Source: Methanomethylovorans hollandica DSM 15978
GTDB taxonomy: Archaea > Halobacteriota > Methanosarcinia > Methanosarcinales > Methanosarcinaceae
Length of the DNA: 64,000 nt
Direction of reading: 5' to 3'
NCBI RefSeq assembly: GCF_000328665.1
Contig: NC_019977.1
Span: forward strand, 2,348,011-2,412,010
In this document: piece after piece, positions 9,928 through 23,448 of the stretch
Layout of the letters: each line of letters starts with the position of its first letter
How positions within the stretch are numbered: position 1 is the first letter of the stretch
The notes under the pieces: generated by a model
Database searches by the model: none
What the model was told of the DNA's origin: nothing
Seen by the model: the letters and a program-made list of their open reading frames with translations, nothing else
Translations under genes and position numbers: made by a program

Positions 9928-10720
9928 CGAACATGAGTATTCATGCGACAACACACTAATGCAGTTGCTAGGCATCAGGACACCCATCATAAGGCAGGGT
10001 GATGATTTGGTCCAGATACTTCTGGAATCCCTTGAAAAACAGGGAACAAAACTGCAGAATGGTGATATTATAGTGCTGGCAGAATCTGCTGTAGCTACCT
10101 CTGAAGGAAGAGTTGTAAGGTTAGCTGACATTGAACCCACTGAAGAAGCCTGCGAACTTGCCCTGAATTACCAGCTCGATCCAAGAGAAATGCAGCTGAT
10201 AATAGAGGAATGTGATGAGATATTCGGAGGAGTTCCCGGAGCAGCATTGACCATTACCAGAGGAACACTTTCACCGAATGCCGGGATAGATAGCTCGAAT
10301 GCCCCGGATGGTTGTGTAGTACTCCTGCCGGAAGACCCACAGAAAAGTGCGGCTTTCATCCGAAAAGGGCTTGAAAAAGCATTTTCATGCCACATAGGCG
10401 TCATCGTTGGCGACAGCCGCACCCAGCCATTAAGGCTTGGATGCGTAGGCATAGCTCTTGGAACTTCAGGCATAGAACCCGTGGAAGATGCAAGAGGGTC
10501 ACTTGATATATTTGGCAAGGAACTGAAGATAACTCGCAAAGCAGTGGCCGATAATATAGTATCTGCTGCACAGCTGGTGATGGGAGAAGCAGGAGAGAGT
10601 ATACCTGCGGTAATTATAAAGGGGGCGCCTGTGAAGATGATAGAAGGTTCTGTAGAGATGCCATTGTTCTCAAGGGAAGAATGCATGTATTACAGCAATA
10701 TAAACAAAAACAGAAAATGA
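9917..10720 (+). CDS. cofE: Coenzyme F420-0:L-glutamate ligase
   Basis: PIIRQGDDL, AESAVATSEGR, NAGIDSSN, LLPEDP, GDSRTQPLRLG, MGEAGESIP. Confidence 0.9.
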   Translation: MSNSEHEYSCDNTLMQLLGIRTPIIRQGDDLVQILLESLEKQGTKLQNGDIIVLAESAVATSEGRVVRLADIEPTEEACELALNYQLDPREMQLIIEECDEIFGGVPGAALTITRGTLSPNAGIDSSNAPDGCVVLLPEDPQKSAAFIRKGLEKAFSCHIGVIVGDSRTQPLRLGCVGIALGTSGIEPVEDARGSLDIFGKELKITRKAVADNIVSAAQLVMGEAGESIPAVIIKGAPVKMIEGSVEMPLFSREECMYYSNINKNRK

Positions 10721-10787
10721 GTTCCAGTAATGTGGACAGTGAGTTTTGAAAAATAGACATATATAGACACATAACTCGTACATAGGA

Positions 10788-11187
10788 ATGAATTGCCCAA
10801 AATGTAAGAGTTTCAGTCAAAGACAGAATGGTATATTCAATAGAAGTCAACGATACAAATGAGATATCTGTCTTTGAACTGCATAAGATACACACTTACA
10901 TTGGTAACAAAAAAAATATTGCTGGATCTGGATTACTGTTGATAGATTTGGGAAAAATTCATCGACTGCTCTTCCGGTAGCAGAGAAACTGAAATCGGAC
11001 AAAAACTCTGGGAATACTTAGAGGGAAAATAATTGAAAAAGTGATGACTGATCATTGGATGGCATATACAGAGTTCCTCCCGGAGACTATTCATACACAA
11101 TCCAAAGCTGAAACGTATGCTGTTGAAGGATATAACAGCATATTGAGGCACTTCCTGGCAAGGTTGAGAAGAAAGGCAATGTTATAC
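10788..11187 (+). mobile_element. IS1-family transposase remnant (stops, frameshifts, internal deletion)
   Basis: MNCPKCKSFSQRQNGIFNRSQRYK* (InsA zinc finger); then HTYIGNKK plus an A8 slip run (10909-10916), CWIWITVDR, VMTDHWMAYTEFLP, HTQSKAETYAVEGYNSILRHFLARLRRK (InsB DDE motifs). Confidence 0.85.
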
Positions 11188-11279
11188 TTTAACAATACCA
11201 AAAAAATAAACGTATGATTTGCCAGATGTTTGTTAGTGGAAAGGATCAATGATCGAATTTAAGAAATGAACATTTTCTT

Positions 11280-12704
11280 TCATTCCAGGCTTAAAGCCTT
11301 AAGAATCATATGATACTCATTCACGGGCATCCTTGAATAAAAGGCCCTTTTGATTACCTCGCTCAGTGAAGGGTGGATATCCATTGAGTACATGATAGGA
11401 GCAGCGCTCTGGTCCGGAGTATACATGACAGGAATGATCTCATGGATGAGCACCGAAGCATGAGGACCTATGATATGGGCCCCTAGTATCTTATCCGTTT
11501 TCTTTTCCAGAATGACTTTCACAAATTCATCCTCCAAATCCATGGCAAGCCCTTTACCTGTATCCTGGAAACGATAAAAGCCGATTATGATATTGTCTTC
11601 TCCGTATTGTTCTACAGCTTCTATTTCTGACATACCGACAGTGGCAATCTCGGGCTCTGAGAACACAGCGCCTGGAACTGCATGGAAATCCACGGTGGCC
11701 TTCCGTCCGAGAACGGCATTGTAGTAGACGATTGTTGATTCATGATTTGCCACATGTTTAAAGAGGTGTTTGCCTATAGCGTCGCCTATAACCCAAATAT
11801 TCTTCTGAGAACTTTCAAGATGTTCATCAACTTTGATCCAACCCATGTTATCTACCTCAATATCACCCTTTTCAGGCTTAAGAAGATCGGAATTGGATTC
11901 TCTGCCTGTGGCAACAAGAATATCAGATGCTACGATCTGTTTCTCTTTACCGGTTCCCCTGTCTTTCAGAAGAAGCTGTTTACCTTCCGGAACTTGTTTT
12001 ACTTCCAATACGTCATGATTTGTAATAATTTCCATGCGCTCTGACATCATACGTTTTGCAAGCACCGAGATCTCGGGTTCTGCCTGAGGAAGGAAATATG
12101 AATTACGCCCAATGATAGTGACCTTAGAGCCCATTGCTGAAAAGAAATGACCATATTCTGCCGCGATATAACCGCCACCGATGATCGCCAGATTTTCGGG
12201 TAGTTCTGAGATCTTAAGTACATCATCACTTGTGAGATGATCTACTTCTTTAAGCCCTTTAACAGAGGGAATAGATGGCCTTGAACCTGTGCACAGGAAG
12301 ATCATCTTTCCTTTGAGAATTATGTCTCCTGCCTTCAAAGTATATGGTTCAATGAACTCTGCAGTAGCTTTGTAATAATCAATTCGGGGATTAGCACGTA
12401 GGCCTTCTTCAATGGACCGCATATCGGAAGAGATCTTGCTACGCATACGCTCCATTATCTTGGTGAAATTGATGCTTTTGACCTGAACGTTGATACCAAA
12501 ATGCTGAGCTTTATAGATCTCAGTTACCAGTTCAGCAGGATATAGAAGGATCTTAGAGGGTATGCAGCCTCTTGTAAGACAGATACCACCTGGCTCATCC
12601 TTATCTATAACAGCTACTTTCATTTCCGGGTCTGCATCCATCATGGAGCCAATATAGTTCATTCCGGAACCTGTGCCAACAATAATAAGATCGTATTCTT
12701 TCAC
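11280..12704 (-). CDS. Dihydrolipoamide dehydrogenase-like pyridine nucleotide-disulfide oxidoreductase
   Basis: DLIIVGTGSG, redox disulfide GGICLTRGCIPSK, GGGYIAAE, HPSLSE; likely GTG start at 12704. Confidence 0.88.
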   Translation of the reverse strand: MKEYDLIIVGTGSGMNYIGSMMDADPEMKVAVIDKDEPGGICLTRGCIPSKILLYPAELVTEIYKAQHFGINVQVKSINFTKIMERMRSKISSDMRSIEEGLRANPRIDYYKATAEFIEPYTLKAGDIILKGKMIFLCTGSRPSIPSVKGLKEVDHLTSDDVLKISELPENLAIIGGGYIAAEYGHFFSAMGSKVTIIGRNSYFLPQAEPEISVLAKRMMSERMEIITNHDVLEVKQVPEGKQLLLKDRGTGKEKQIVASDILVATGRESNSDLLKPEKGDIEVDNMGWIKVDEHLESSQKNIWVIGDAIGKHLFKHVANHESTIVYYNAVLGRKATVDFHAVPGAVFSEPEIATVGMSEIEAVEQYGEDNIIIGFYRFQDTGKGLAMDLEDEFVKVILEKKTDKILGAHIIGPHASVLIHEIIPVMYTPDQSAAPIMYSMDIHPSLSEVIKRAFYSRMPVNEYHMILKALSLE

Positions 12705-12908
12705 TCTGCCACCCCTATGCAAAACAGGATTACTAATTGTTTGGATAGTAGTTGTCTTTATAAGTAATGGTCAGAAGACACAAAAAGAAGAGTTAAGATT
12801 AATTGCTCCATATCCAAGAATATCAAAATCAGAAACTGTACTAAAAAGTACGACAGCAAAAATGCATTTGTTTAGAAATTAGAAGAAATAGTGTTTAAAT
12901 CATAGAGT

Positions 12909-13035
12909 GAGCATAGCAGCGATCCGTAGTTCCCAAAGGCTCGCGCACTTAAGTACAGTGCGGAACGTGGACAGGCTTATCTTCTGTGTTCGGAATGGGT
13001 ACAGGAGTTGCCCTGCCGCTATGGCCGCTATACTC
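12909..13035 (-). rRNA. rrf: 5S rRNA
   Basis: Reverse complement GAGTATAGCGGCCATAGCGGCAGGGCAACTCCTGTACCCATTCCGAACACAGAAGATAAGCCTG...GCTGCTATGCTC; terminal helix pairs; ends approximate. Confidence 0.95.
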
Positions 13036-13055
13036 TTACTCTGATGAAGGGAATG

Positions 13056-13127
13056 AGCCAAGGTCCGGATTCGAACCGGAATGGTATCGCTCTGCAGGCG
13101 ATTGCGTAGCCGCTCCGCCACCTTGGC
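13056..13127 (-). tRNA. tRNA-Cys (GCA)
   Basis: GCCAAGG acceptor stem, anticodon arm ATCGC-CT-GCA-GA-GCGAT, T-loop GGTTCGAATCC; CCA not encoded. Confidence 0.96.
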
Positions 13128-13156
13128 AACTAGCGGAGTTCAAATGATGAGATTAC

Positions 13157-13170
13157 ATATAAAACCTTTC
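13157..13170 (-). promoter_or_regulatory. BRE-TATA promoter inside the 23S/tRNA-Cys spacer
   Basis: Minus strand GAAAGG-TTTTATAT about 30 nt upstream of the tRNA-Cys 5' end. Confidence 0.65.
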
Positions 13171-13190
13171 ATTTAGATCACATACTATCA

Positions 13191-13220
13191 GTACACATAT
13201 CAGATATCGTCTGGAATTAG
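13191..13220 (-). other. 3' arm of the 23S bulge-helix-bulge processing stem (pairs with ~16160-16190)
   Basis: CTAATTCCA-GACG-ATA-TCTGATAT pairs with ATATCAGA-CGTT-TAC-TGGAATTAG, giving a 3-4-3 BHB. Confidence 0.8.
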
Positions 13221-13222
13221 CA

Positions 13223-16140
<2,918 letters not shown>

Positions 16141-16273
16141 ATTACCAGAGTCCACCTTACTAATTCCAGTAAACGTCTGATATGCACACTTGTACATGAT
16201 CTCATCATGATCGATTCGATGTATCGAACACTTCATCCTTCCCAAGCAACATTACTCGCTTGGTGCACTAACA

Positions 16274-16346
16274 TGGACTTGCTGGGATTCGAACCCAGGG
16301 CCTCTGCCTTGCAAAGGCAGCGATCTTCCAACTGATCTACAAGCCC
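16274..16346 (-). tRNA. tRNA-Ala (TGC) in the 16S-23S spacer
   Basis: GGGCTTGTAGATCAG...CTGCC-TT-TGC-AA-GGCAG...GGTTCGAATCCCAGCAAGTCCA. Confidence 0.97.
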
Positions 16347-16434
16347 TTTTCTCTTCACCAGCTTATCCTTTTTTTGGATTTGACAGTTTTTCGATTTCTG
16401 GTCGGTTGTGCTGACCTGCGTTTGCAGGTCGCTT

Positions 16435-17909
<1,475 letters not shown>

Positions 17910-18020
17910 TGTTGATCACACACATTGGTTCAAAATTTGGAAGTCTATATCGGAATTGTTCAGGAAATTCACTGAGAATTTCTTGCACGCATAAATTCGT
18001 TAATTCCTTTCGATAATGAA

Positions 18021-18057
18021 ACACTACCGACCAGAATTAATCGAACTGCCAAATCCA
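18021..18057 (-). other. 5' arm of the 16S bulge-helix-bulge processing stem (pairs with ~16375-16410)
   Basis: TGGATTTGGCAGTT-CGAT-TAA-TTCTGGTCGGT pairs with ACCGACCAGAA-ATCG-AAA-AACTGTCAAATCCA. Confidence 0.82.
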
Positions 18058-18156
18058 ACGTCAGACAAGAAATAACTCCTGTCTCCACTTACGATAAAGC
18101 GGTGATTGTCACGCACAACAGTTGTTGTGCGGGAATCACCATAATGCACGTCTTGC

Positions 18157-18170
18157 TATATATACCTTCC
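18157..18170 (-). promoter_or_regulatory. rRNA operon promoter (BRE-TATA); a second candidate TATA near 18299-18306
   Basis: Minus strand GGAAGG-TATATATA upstream of the 16S leader; TTTATAAT further upstream. Confidence 0.65.
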
Positions 18171-18365
18171 GATTTCGCAAGGCAAGTAACAAAACGAACA
18201 TTTATCGACAATAACTTAACGAAATAATCTCTCAAGCAAGCTGCATTGCGTTTCCGCACTGCAAGGCCCCTTGCGAGTACCCCTAAAAACACAGTATATT
18301 ATAAATACGTTGTGGTTAGAGGGATTTCATGTGTGAAAAAATAGCTGAGTACACATACATGAAGA

Positions 18366-18378
18366 GAAAGTTATAAAT
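18366..18378 (+). promoter_or_regulatory. leuA promoter (BRE-TATA)
   Basis: GAAAG-TTATAAAT; predicted start site near 18400-18403. Confidence 0.6.
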
Positions 18379-18399
18379 ACTATAACTTGAAAAAGCTTT

Positions 18400-18447
18400 A
18401 TGATTACTATGAGCGCAGAAGTACAACTGAGGGATCGTTTTTTATAA
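18400..18447 (+). other. Short upstream ORF MITMSAEVQLRDRFL* overlapping the leuA frame (candidate frameshift or leader cassette)
   Basis: ATG at 18400 and 18409 in frame; ends CGT TTT TTA TAA; leuA lies in the +1 frame. Confidence 0.5.
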
Positions 18448-18460
18448 CACAGAACCGCTG

Positions 18461-19972
18461 TTGAATAAGAAGATAACTATTTTCGATACCACACTGCGCG
18501 ATGGTGAACAGACACCCGGTGTTTCCCTGACAAATGACCAGAAGCTGAAGATCGCAAGGCAACTGGACAAGCTGGGGATAGACGTTCTTGAAGCCGGATT
18601 TCCTATTTCTTCTGAAGGAGATAAACAGTCTGTAAAAGCTATCGCTAACGAAGGTCTTAGACTGGACGTATGTGGTCTTGCAAGAGTACTAACAAAAGAC
18701 CTGGATACATGCCTCGACACAGGTGTGGACATGATACATACATTCGTATCCACATCTGACATACAGAGGATACACACAATAAAGAAGAGCAAAGAAGAAG
18801 TGCTCACAATGGCTGTGGACGCAGTCCAGTATATCAAGGACCATGGAGTAAAATGCATGTTCTCAGCCATGGATGCCACCCGTACCGACCTTGATTATCT
18901 CACACAGATATATAAGGCAGTAGAGGGAGCAGGGTGTGATATTATCAACGTGCCTGATACCGTGGGAATAATGTCTCCTTCCCGTATGTACCATCTGGTA
19001 GGTGCAGTCAGTAAGGAAATAAGGATTCCCATAGATGTCCACTGCCACAACGACTTTGGAATAGCAGTGGCTAACAGCCTCATGGCTGCCGAGGCTGGAG
19101 CAAGCCAGATCCAGGTAACTGTAAATGGTATTGGAGAAAGGGCCGGTAACGCCAATCTTGCTGAAGTGGTCATGTGCCTGCAATCGATCTATGGTGCAAA
19201 GACGAACATTAATACAGAATATCTGCTTGAAACGTCTAAAATGGTCGAGAAATATACAGGCATACACATGCCCCCGAACACGCCTATTGTTGGCGAGAAT
19301 GCCTTTGCTCACGAGTCTGGCATCCACACCCACGGAGTGCTCACCAAGGCAGACACGTTCGAGCCCGGCATCATGACGCCAGAGATGGTAGGCCACAAAA
19401 GACGTATCGTACTGGGTAAACATGCGGGTAAGCACGCTGTCCAGAAATCATTGGAAGATGCCGGCATCCAGACCACTGATGAGCAACTGGACGAAATAGT
19501 CAGGAGAATAAAGGCTATAGCTGACAAAGGAAAAAGGATCTGTGATGCTGATCTGCATGCCGTTGCAGCAGATGTACTGGGAAGGAACCTTGGCAGCGAG
19601 ACCATAAAGCTCAAAGAGCTGTCAGTAATGACAAGCAACCTCACAACACCAACTGCAGTGGTCAGAGCCATTGTTGGTGATGAGGAAGCAGTTGCATCCA
19701 ACATTGGTACCGGACCTGTGGATGCAGCCGTTAAGGCAGTACAGCAAATGATCGCCGGATACACAAAGGTCAAGATACGTGACTTCCGCATTGAAGCGAT
19801 CACCGGAGGTGCCGATGCTCTTGCCGAGGTCACTATAGGCGTAGAGGACGAAGATGGACGTGTGGTAACAGCCCATGCTGCAAGCACCGACATTGTGACA
19901 GCATCCGTAGACGCACTTATAACAGCCATAAACATCCTGCTCGACAAGAAGAAACTATGGAATATGCAGTGA
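18461..19972 (+). CDS. leuA: 2-isopropylmalate synthase (true start uncertain)
   Basis: IFDTTLRDGEQTPG, HTFVSTSD, PDTVG, HCHNDFG, NGIGERAGNA, HESGIH and C-terminal regulatory domain GPVDAA...AITGGADA. HTF and FSAMDATRT resemble LeuA more than CimA/AksA. Confidence 0.85.
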   Translation: MNKKITIFDTTLRDGEQTPGVSLTNDQKLKIARQLDKLGIDVLEAGFPISSEGDKQSVKAIANEGLRLDVCGLARVLTKDLDTCLDTGVDMIHTFVSTSDIQRIHTIKKSKEEVLTMAVDAVQYIKDHGVKCMFSAMDATRTDLDYLTQIYKAVEGAGCDIINVPDTVGIMSPSRMYHLVGAVSKEIRIPIDVHCHNDFGIAVANSLMAAEAGASQIQVTVNGIGERAGNANLAEVVMCLQSIYGAKTNINTEYLLETSKMVEKYTGIHMPPNTPIVGENAFAHESGIHTHGVLTKADTFEPGIMTPEMVGHKRRIVLGKHAGKHAVQKSLEDAGIQTTDEQLDEIVRRIKAIADKGKRICDADLHAVAADVLGRNLGSETIKLKELSVMTSNLTTPTAVVRAIVGDEEAVASNIGTGPVDAAVKAVQQMIAGYTKVKIRDFRIEAITGGADALAEVTIGVEDEDGRVVTAHAASTDIVTASVDALITAINILLDKKKLWNMQ

Positions 19973-19993
19973 AACCTATTGTGTATTTAATTA

Positions 19994-20022
19994 CCAGGCA
20001 ACAGTGCCTGGAGTTCTTTTTT
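19994..20022 (+). terminator. Hairpin plus T-tract after leuA
   Basis: CCAGGCA-ACAG-TGCCTGG followed by AGTTC and a T-run. Confidence 0.6.
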
Positions 20023-20100
20023 TAATCTGTGGTTAACTGTATTGAATGTAGATCTTCTGCATCGTTCCCTTTATGATTTCAGCAACCAATTGAAGTAACT

Positions 20101-20859
20101 ATGTGTTTAAAAGTTATAGATTCACACTGCCATCTTGATTTTCCAAAATTCAATAAAGATAGAGAGGCAACCATACAACGTGCCCTTGATGCTGGCGTAG
20201 ACCAGATGATCAATTCCGGAGTTGATCCAAAGACCAATATCTCAACCCTTGAACTTGCACAGAAATATGACCATATTCACGCAACTCTGGGGTTCAGCCC
20301 CCATTTGTCACCGGAAGCTACTGATGAACAAGTAAAGTGCATGTTGAGTTTTATAGAAGATCACGTCACAGACATAGTTGGAATAGGGGAAGCAGGGCTT
20401 GATTATCATTACTTCACCTCAAACGCTGAAAGAAATAGACAGATAGAAGTTTTCAAAAAGATCATAGAACTTGCAGACAGATACAACAAGCCACTTGTGA
20501 TACACGGCAGAGAAGCAGAAGATATTGCACTGGGATTGTCAGGACAACTTGACAAAGTTATATTTCACTGCTATGGAGGGAGTCTTGAAACCATGAGAAA
20601 TATAGTAGATGCCGGACATTTTATATCAGTTCCCACTTTGGTCTGTTTCTCGGAACATCACCAGGAAATAGCAAAGGAAGTGCCATTGGAGCACATGCTT
20701 CTGGAAACGGATAGTCCATATCTTTCCCCCCGCAAAGGAAGGAATGAACCTGCATTCGTTCTTGATTCCCTTCCGTGGATTGAAAAAATCAAAGGAATAG
20801 AAAAAATAGATATAATGGATACTACCAGGAGAAATACTATAAAGGTATTCGGCCTCTAA
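20101..20859 (+). CDS. tatD: TatD family deoxyribonuclease
   Basis: IDSHCHL, GIGEAGLDY, VIHGRE, FHCY, LLETDSPY. Confidence 0.93.
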   Translation: MCLKVIDSHCHLDFPKFNKDREATIQRALDAGVDQMINSGVDPKTNISTLELAQKYDHIHATLGFSPHLSPEATDEQVKCMLSFIEDHVTDIVGIGEAGLDYHYFTSNAERNRQIEVFKKIIELADRYNKPLVIHGREAEDIALGLSGQLDKVIFHCYGGSLETMRNIVDAGHFISVPTLVCFSEHHQEIAKEVPLEHMLLETDSPYLSPRKGRNEPAFVLDSLPWIEKIKGIEKIDIMDTTRRNTIKVFGL

Positions 20860-20890
20860 GGACCATATATAGGGAAAAGGGATAAAGAAC

Positions 20891-21535
20891 ATGAATGTAA
20901 AAAAATTCCACAAAGGATACTATGATGCGAATTCGTATCTTATCAATGGCAAAGTGCTGATAGACACAGGCATCAACACAGATGCCTTGATAGCAGAAAT
21001 CGAAAAAAGCATCTATATCAACGATCTTGAACTCATCGTTCTTACCCATTGCCACTATGACCATACTGCAGCTGCAGAGGCCATTGCCAAAAAAAGCGGG
21101 GCGCGTATAGCTATCCACAAGGACGATGTAGAATTGTTACATCACGATGAAGCCAGTGCCTCTGAAGCCTTTGACAGCAGAGCACCTTCCTTTGAACCAG
21201 ATATCCTGCTGGATGACGGAGAAAGCATACCCATCGGGAATGGAGAGTATCTGGAAATTATACATACACCCGGGCACACACCTGGCTGCATATGCCTTTA
21301 TGAACCAATATCAAAATCGTTGTTCTCAGGAGATACAGTATTTCCCCAGGGTAGTATCGGACGTACTGATTTTATAGGTGGCAACTCCGCAAATATAAGT
21401 GAATCCATTCAAAAACTCACACAACTGGATGTAAGGACAATGTATCCAGGACATGGAGAAACTACTTCTGATAACGTGAAACGCCAGATAGAACTATCAT
21501 ACCGCATGGCTAAAAGTATATTCAAGATCATCTGA
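20891..21535 (+). CDS. MBL-fold metallo-hydrolase (glyoxalase II-like)
   Basis: THCHYDH, HTPGHTPG, LFSGDT, YPGHG. Confidence 0.9.
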   Translation: MNVKKFHKGYYDANSYLINGKVLIDTGINTDALIAEIEKSIYINDLELIVLTHCHYDHTAAAEAIAKKSGARIAIHKDDVELLHHDEASASEAFDSRAPSFEPDILLDDGESIPIGNGEYLEIIHTPGHTPGCICLYEPISKSLFSGDTVFPQGSIGRTDFIGGNSANISESIQKLTQLDVRTMYPGHGETTSDNVKRQIELSYRMAKSIFKII

Positions 21536-21537
21536 TT

Positions 21538-23388
21538 ATGACATTAAAAAAGAAAGAACAAACTTCATTTGTTTCGCAGTTCCTCCCAATGGGCCTTAAA
21601 GAGGCACAACAAAAAGGATGGGAAGAACTTGATGTGATCATTGTTACCGGGGATGCCTACGTAGATCATCCGGGGTTTGGAACAGCCATTATCAGCAGGG
21701 TCCTTGCAGATGCCGGACACCGAGTAGGCATTATTGCACAACCTAAATGGGACAGTATTGAAGACTTTAAGAAATTAGGAAAGCCACGCCTGTTCTTCGC
21801 CGTTAGTGGAGGTAATACAGACTCAATGGTGAGCAACTATACGCCTTCCCAGAGGTTGCGCCATGAAGATGCATATTCCCCTGGAAATAGACCTGGAATG
21901 AGACCGAACAGAGCAACTATTGTCTATTCCAACAGGCTGCGCGAAGCATATCCTGATGTGCCTCTGGTGATAGGTGGCATAGAAGCTTCTTTGCGCCGTT
22001 TTGCTCAATACGACTATTGGTCGGACAAAGTGCGCCAGTCTATTCTGGCGGACACACCAGCCGACCTGCTGGTCTATGGCATGGGTGAACTGCAACTGCT
22101 CCAGATAGCAGAAAGACTGGATAAAGGCGTACCAGTAAAAGAAATAACTGACATCGACGGTACTGTCTGGAAAATGGAAGTAAAAGCATGGAAGGAAAAA
22201 AGAGATGCAATGCTCAGGAACAATATCGAAATACCTTCCTACACCGAAGTGTCACAGGATAAAGTACTCTATTCCAAAGCGTTCAAACTTACATTAGACG
22301 AGCAGGACCCTGTAAGGGGAAGAGGGATAGTACAGGCCCATCCGAAAACAGTGATCATACAGAACAAGCCCATGCGTCATCTTAATGAAAAAGAGCTTGA
22401 CCATGTGTATGAGCTGCCCTATACAAGGAGTGCACACCCATCATACAAAGAACCCATACCTGCCCTTGACATGGCCAGGTTCTCCATCACCACCCACAGA
22501 GGATGTTTTGGTTCTTGCTCTTTCTGTGCTATAGTCCTGCATCAGGGAAGAACTATCTCAAGCCGCAGCATTGAATCAATACTTAGGGAAGCTGAAGGAC
22601 TGAAAAAGATCAAGGGCTTCAAAGGTATTATCAATGGGCTTGGCGGCCCTTCTGCGAATATGTATGGGATGAAATGTGAAAAATGGGAAAAAAAAGGGAC
22701 ATGTACGGACAAATTGTGTATTTATCCTGAAGCCTGTCCCTCACTTAATACAAGCCATAAGAAACTGATAGAACTGATGAGAAGGCTGCGGGAAATACCG
22801 GGTATATCAAAGGTTTTCGTTGGTTATGGCGTACGTTACGATCTGGCACTCCTTGATGAACAGTATATGGAGGAGCTGTGTGCTCATCACGTCAGCGGAC
22901 AGCTCAAGGTAGCACCCGAGCATTACTGCAATGCAGTCACCGATGCCATGAAAAAACCCCGCAGGGAAGTATTTGAAAAATTCGAGCGGAAATACAAGGA
23001 GATCAACAGGAAAGTGGGCAAAGACCAGTACCTTGTGGCATTCTTGATGTCCGGCCATCCCGGATGCACCCTTAACAACATGATCGAAACTGCAGAATAC
23101 ATCAGGGATACGGGAAGATACACAGAGCAGGTGCAGGATTTCACACCCACGCCCATGACTGCTGCCACATGCATGTTCCACACTGGAATTGATCCTTTCA
23201 CAGGCAAGAACATCTATGTTGCAACTTCCAGAAAAGATAAAATGATACAGAGAGCTTTTTTACGGTATAAGGACCCTCAGAATCAAATGCTTGTCTACGA
23301 AGGGCTCAAACGTGCGAACAGACTGGACCTAGTAGGCAATAGCTGGAACTGCCTTATCAGAAGGCCACCGAGGGGAAAAGAAAGGTAA
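21538..23388 (+). CDS. YgiQ/UPF0313 family radical SAM protein
   Basis: VTGDAYVDHP, GGIEASLRR, RGCFGSCSFC, LKVAPEH, QVQDFTPTP. Confidence 0.92.
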   Translation: MTLKKKEQTSFVSQFLPMGLKEAQQKGWEELDVIIVTGDAYVDHPGFGTAIISRVLADAGHRVGIIAQPKWDSIEDFKKLGKPRLFFAVSGGNTDSMVSNYTPSQRLRHEDAYSPGNRPGMRPNRATIVYSNRLREAYPDVPLVIGGIEASLRRFAQYDYWSDKVRQSILADTPADLLVYGMGELQLLQIAERLDKGVPVKEITDIDGTVWKMEVKAWKEKRDAMLRNNIEIPSYTEVSQDKVLYSKAFKLTLDEQDPVRGRGIVQAHPKTVIIQNKPMRHLNEKELDHVYELPYTRSAHPSYKEPIPALDMARFSITTHRGCFGSCSFCAIVLHQGRTISSRSIESILREAEGLKKIKGFKGIINGLGGPSANMYGMKCEKWEKKGTCTDKLCIYPEACPSLNTSHKKLIELMRRLREIPGISKVFVGYGVRYDLALLDEQYMEELCAHHVSGQLKVAPEHYCNAVTDAMKKPRREVFEKFERKYKEINRKVGKDQYLVAFLMSGHPGCTLNNMIETAEYIRDTGRYTEQVQDFTPTPMTAATCMFHTGIDPFTGKNIYVATSRKDKMIQRAFLRYKDPQNQMLVYEGLKRANRLDLVGNSWNCLIRRPPRGKER

Positions 23389-23448
23389 CAAGGTTTTAAA
23401 CATGATTTATTAAGCCTAATGGTAAACAAATGAAAGAAAGAGAAAAGG

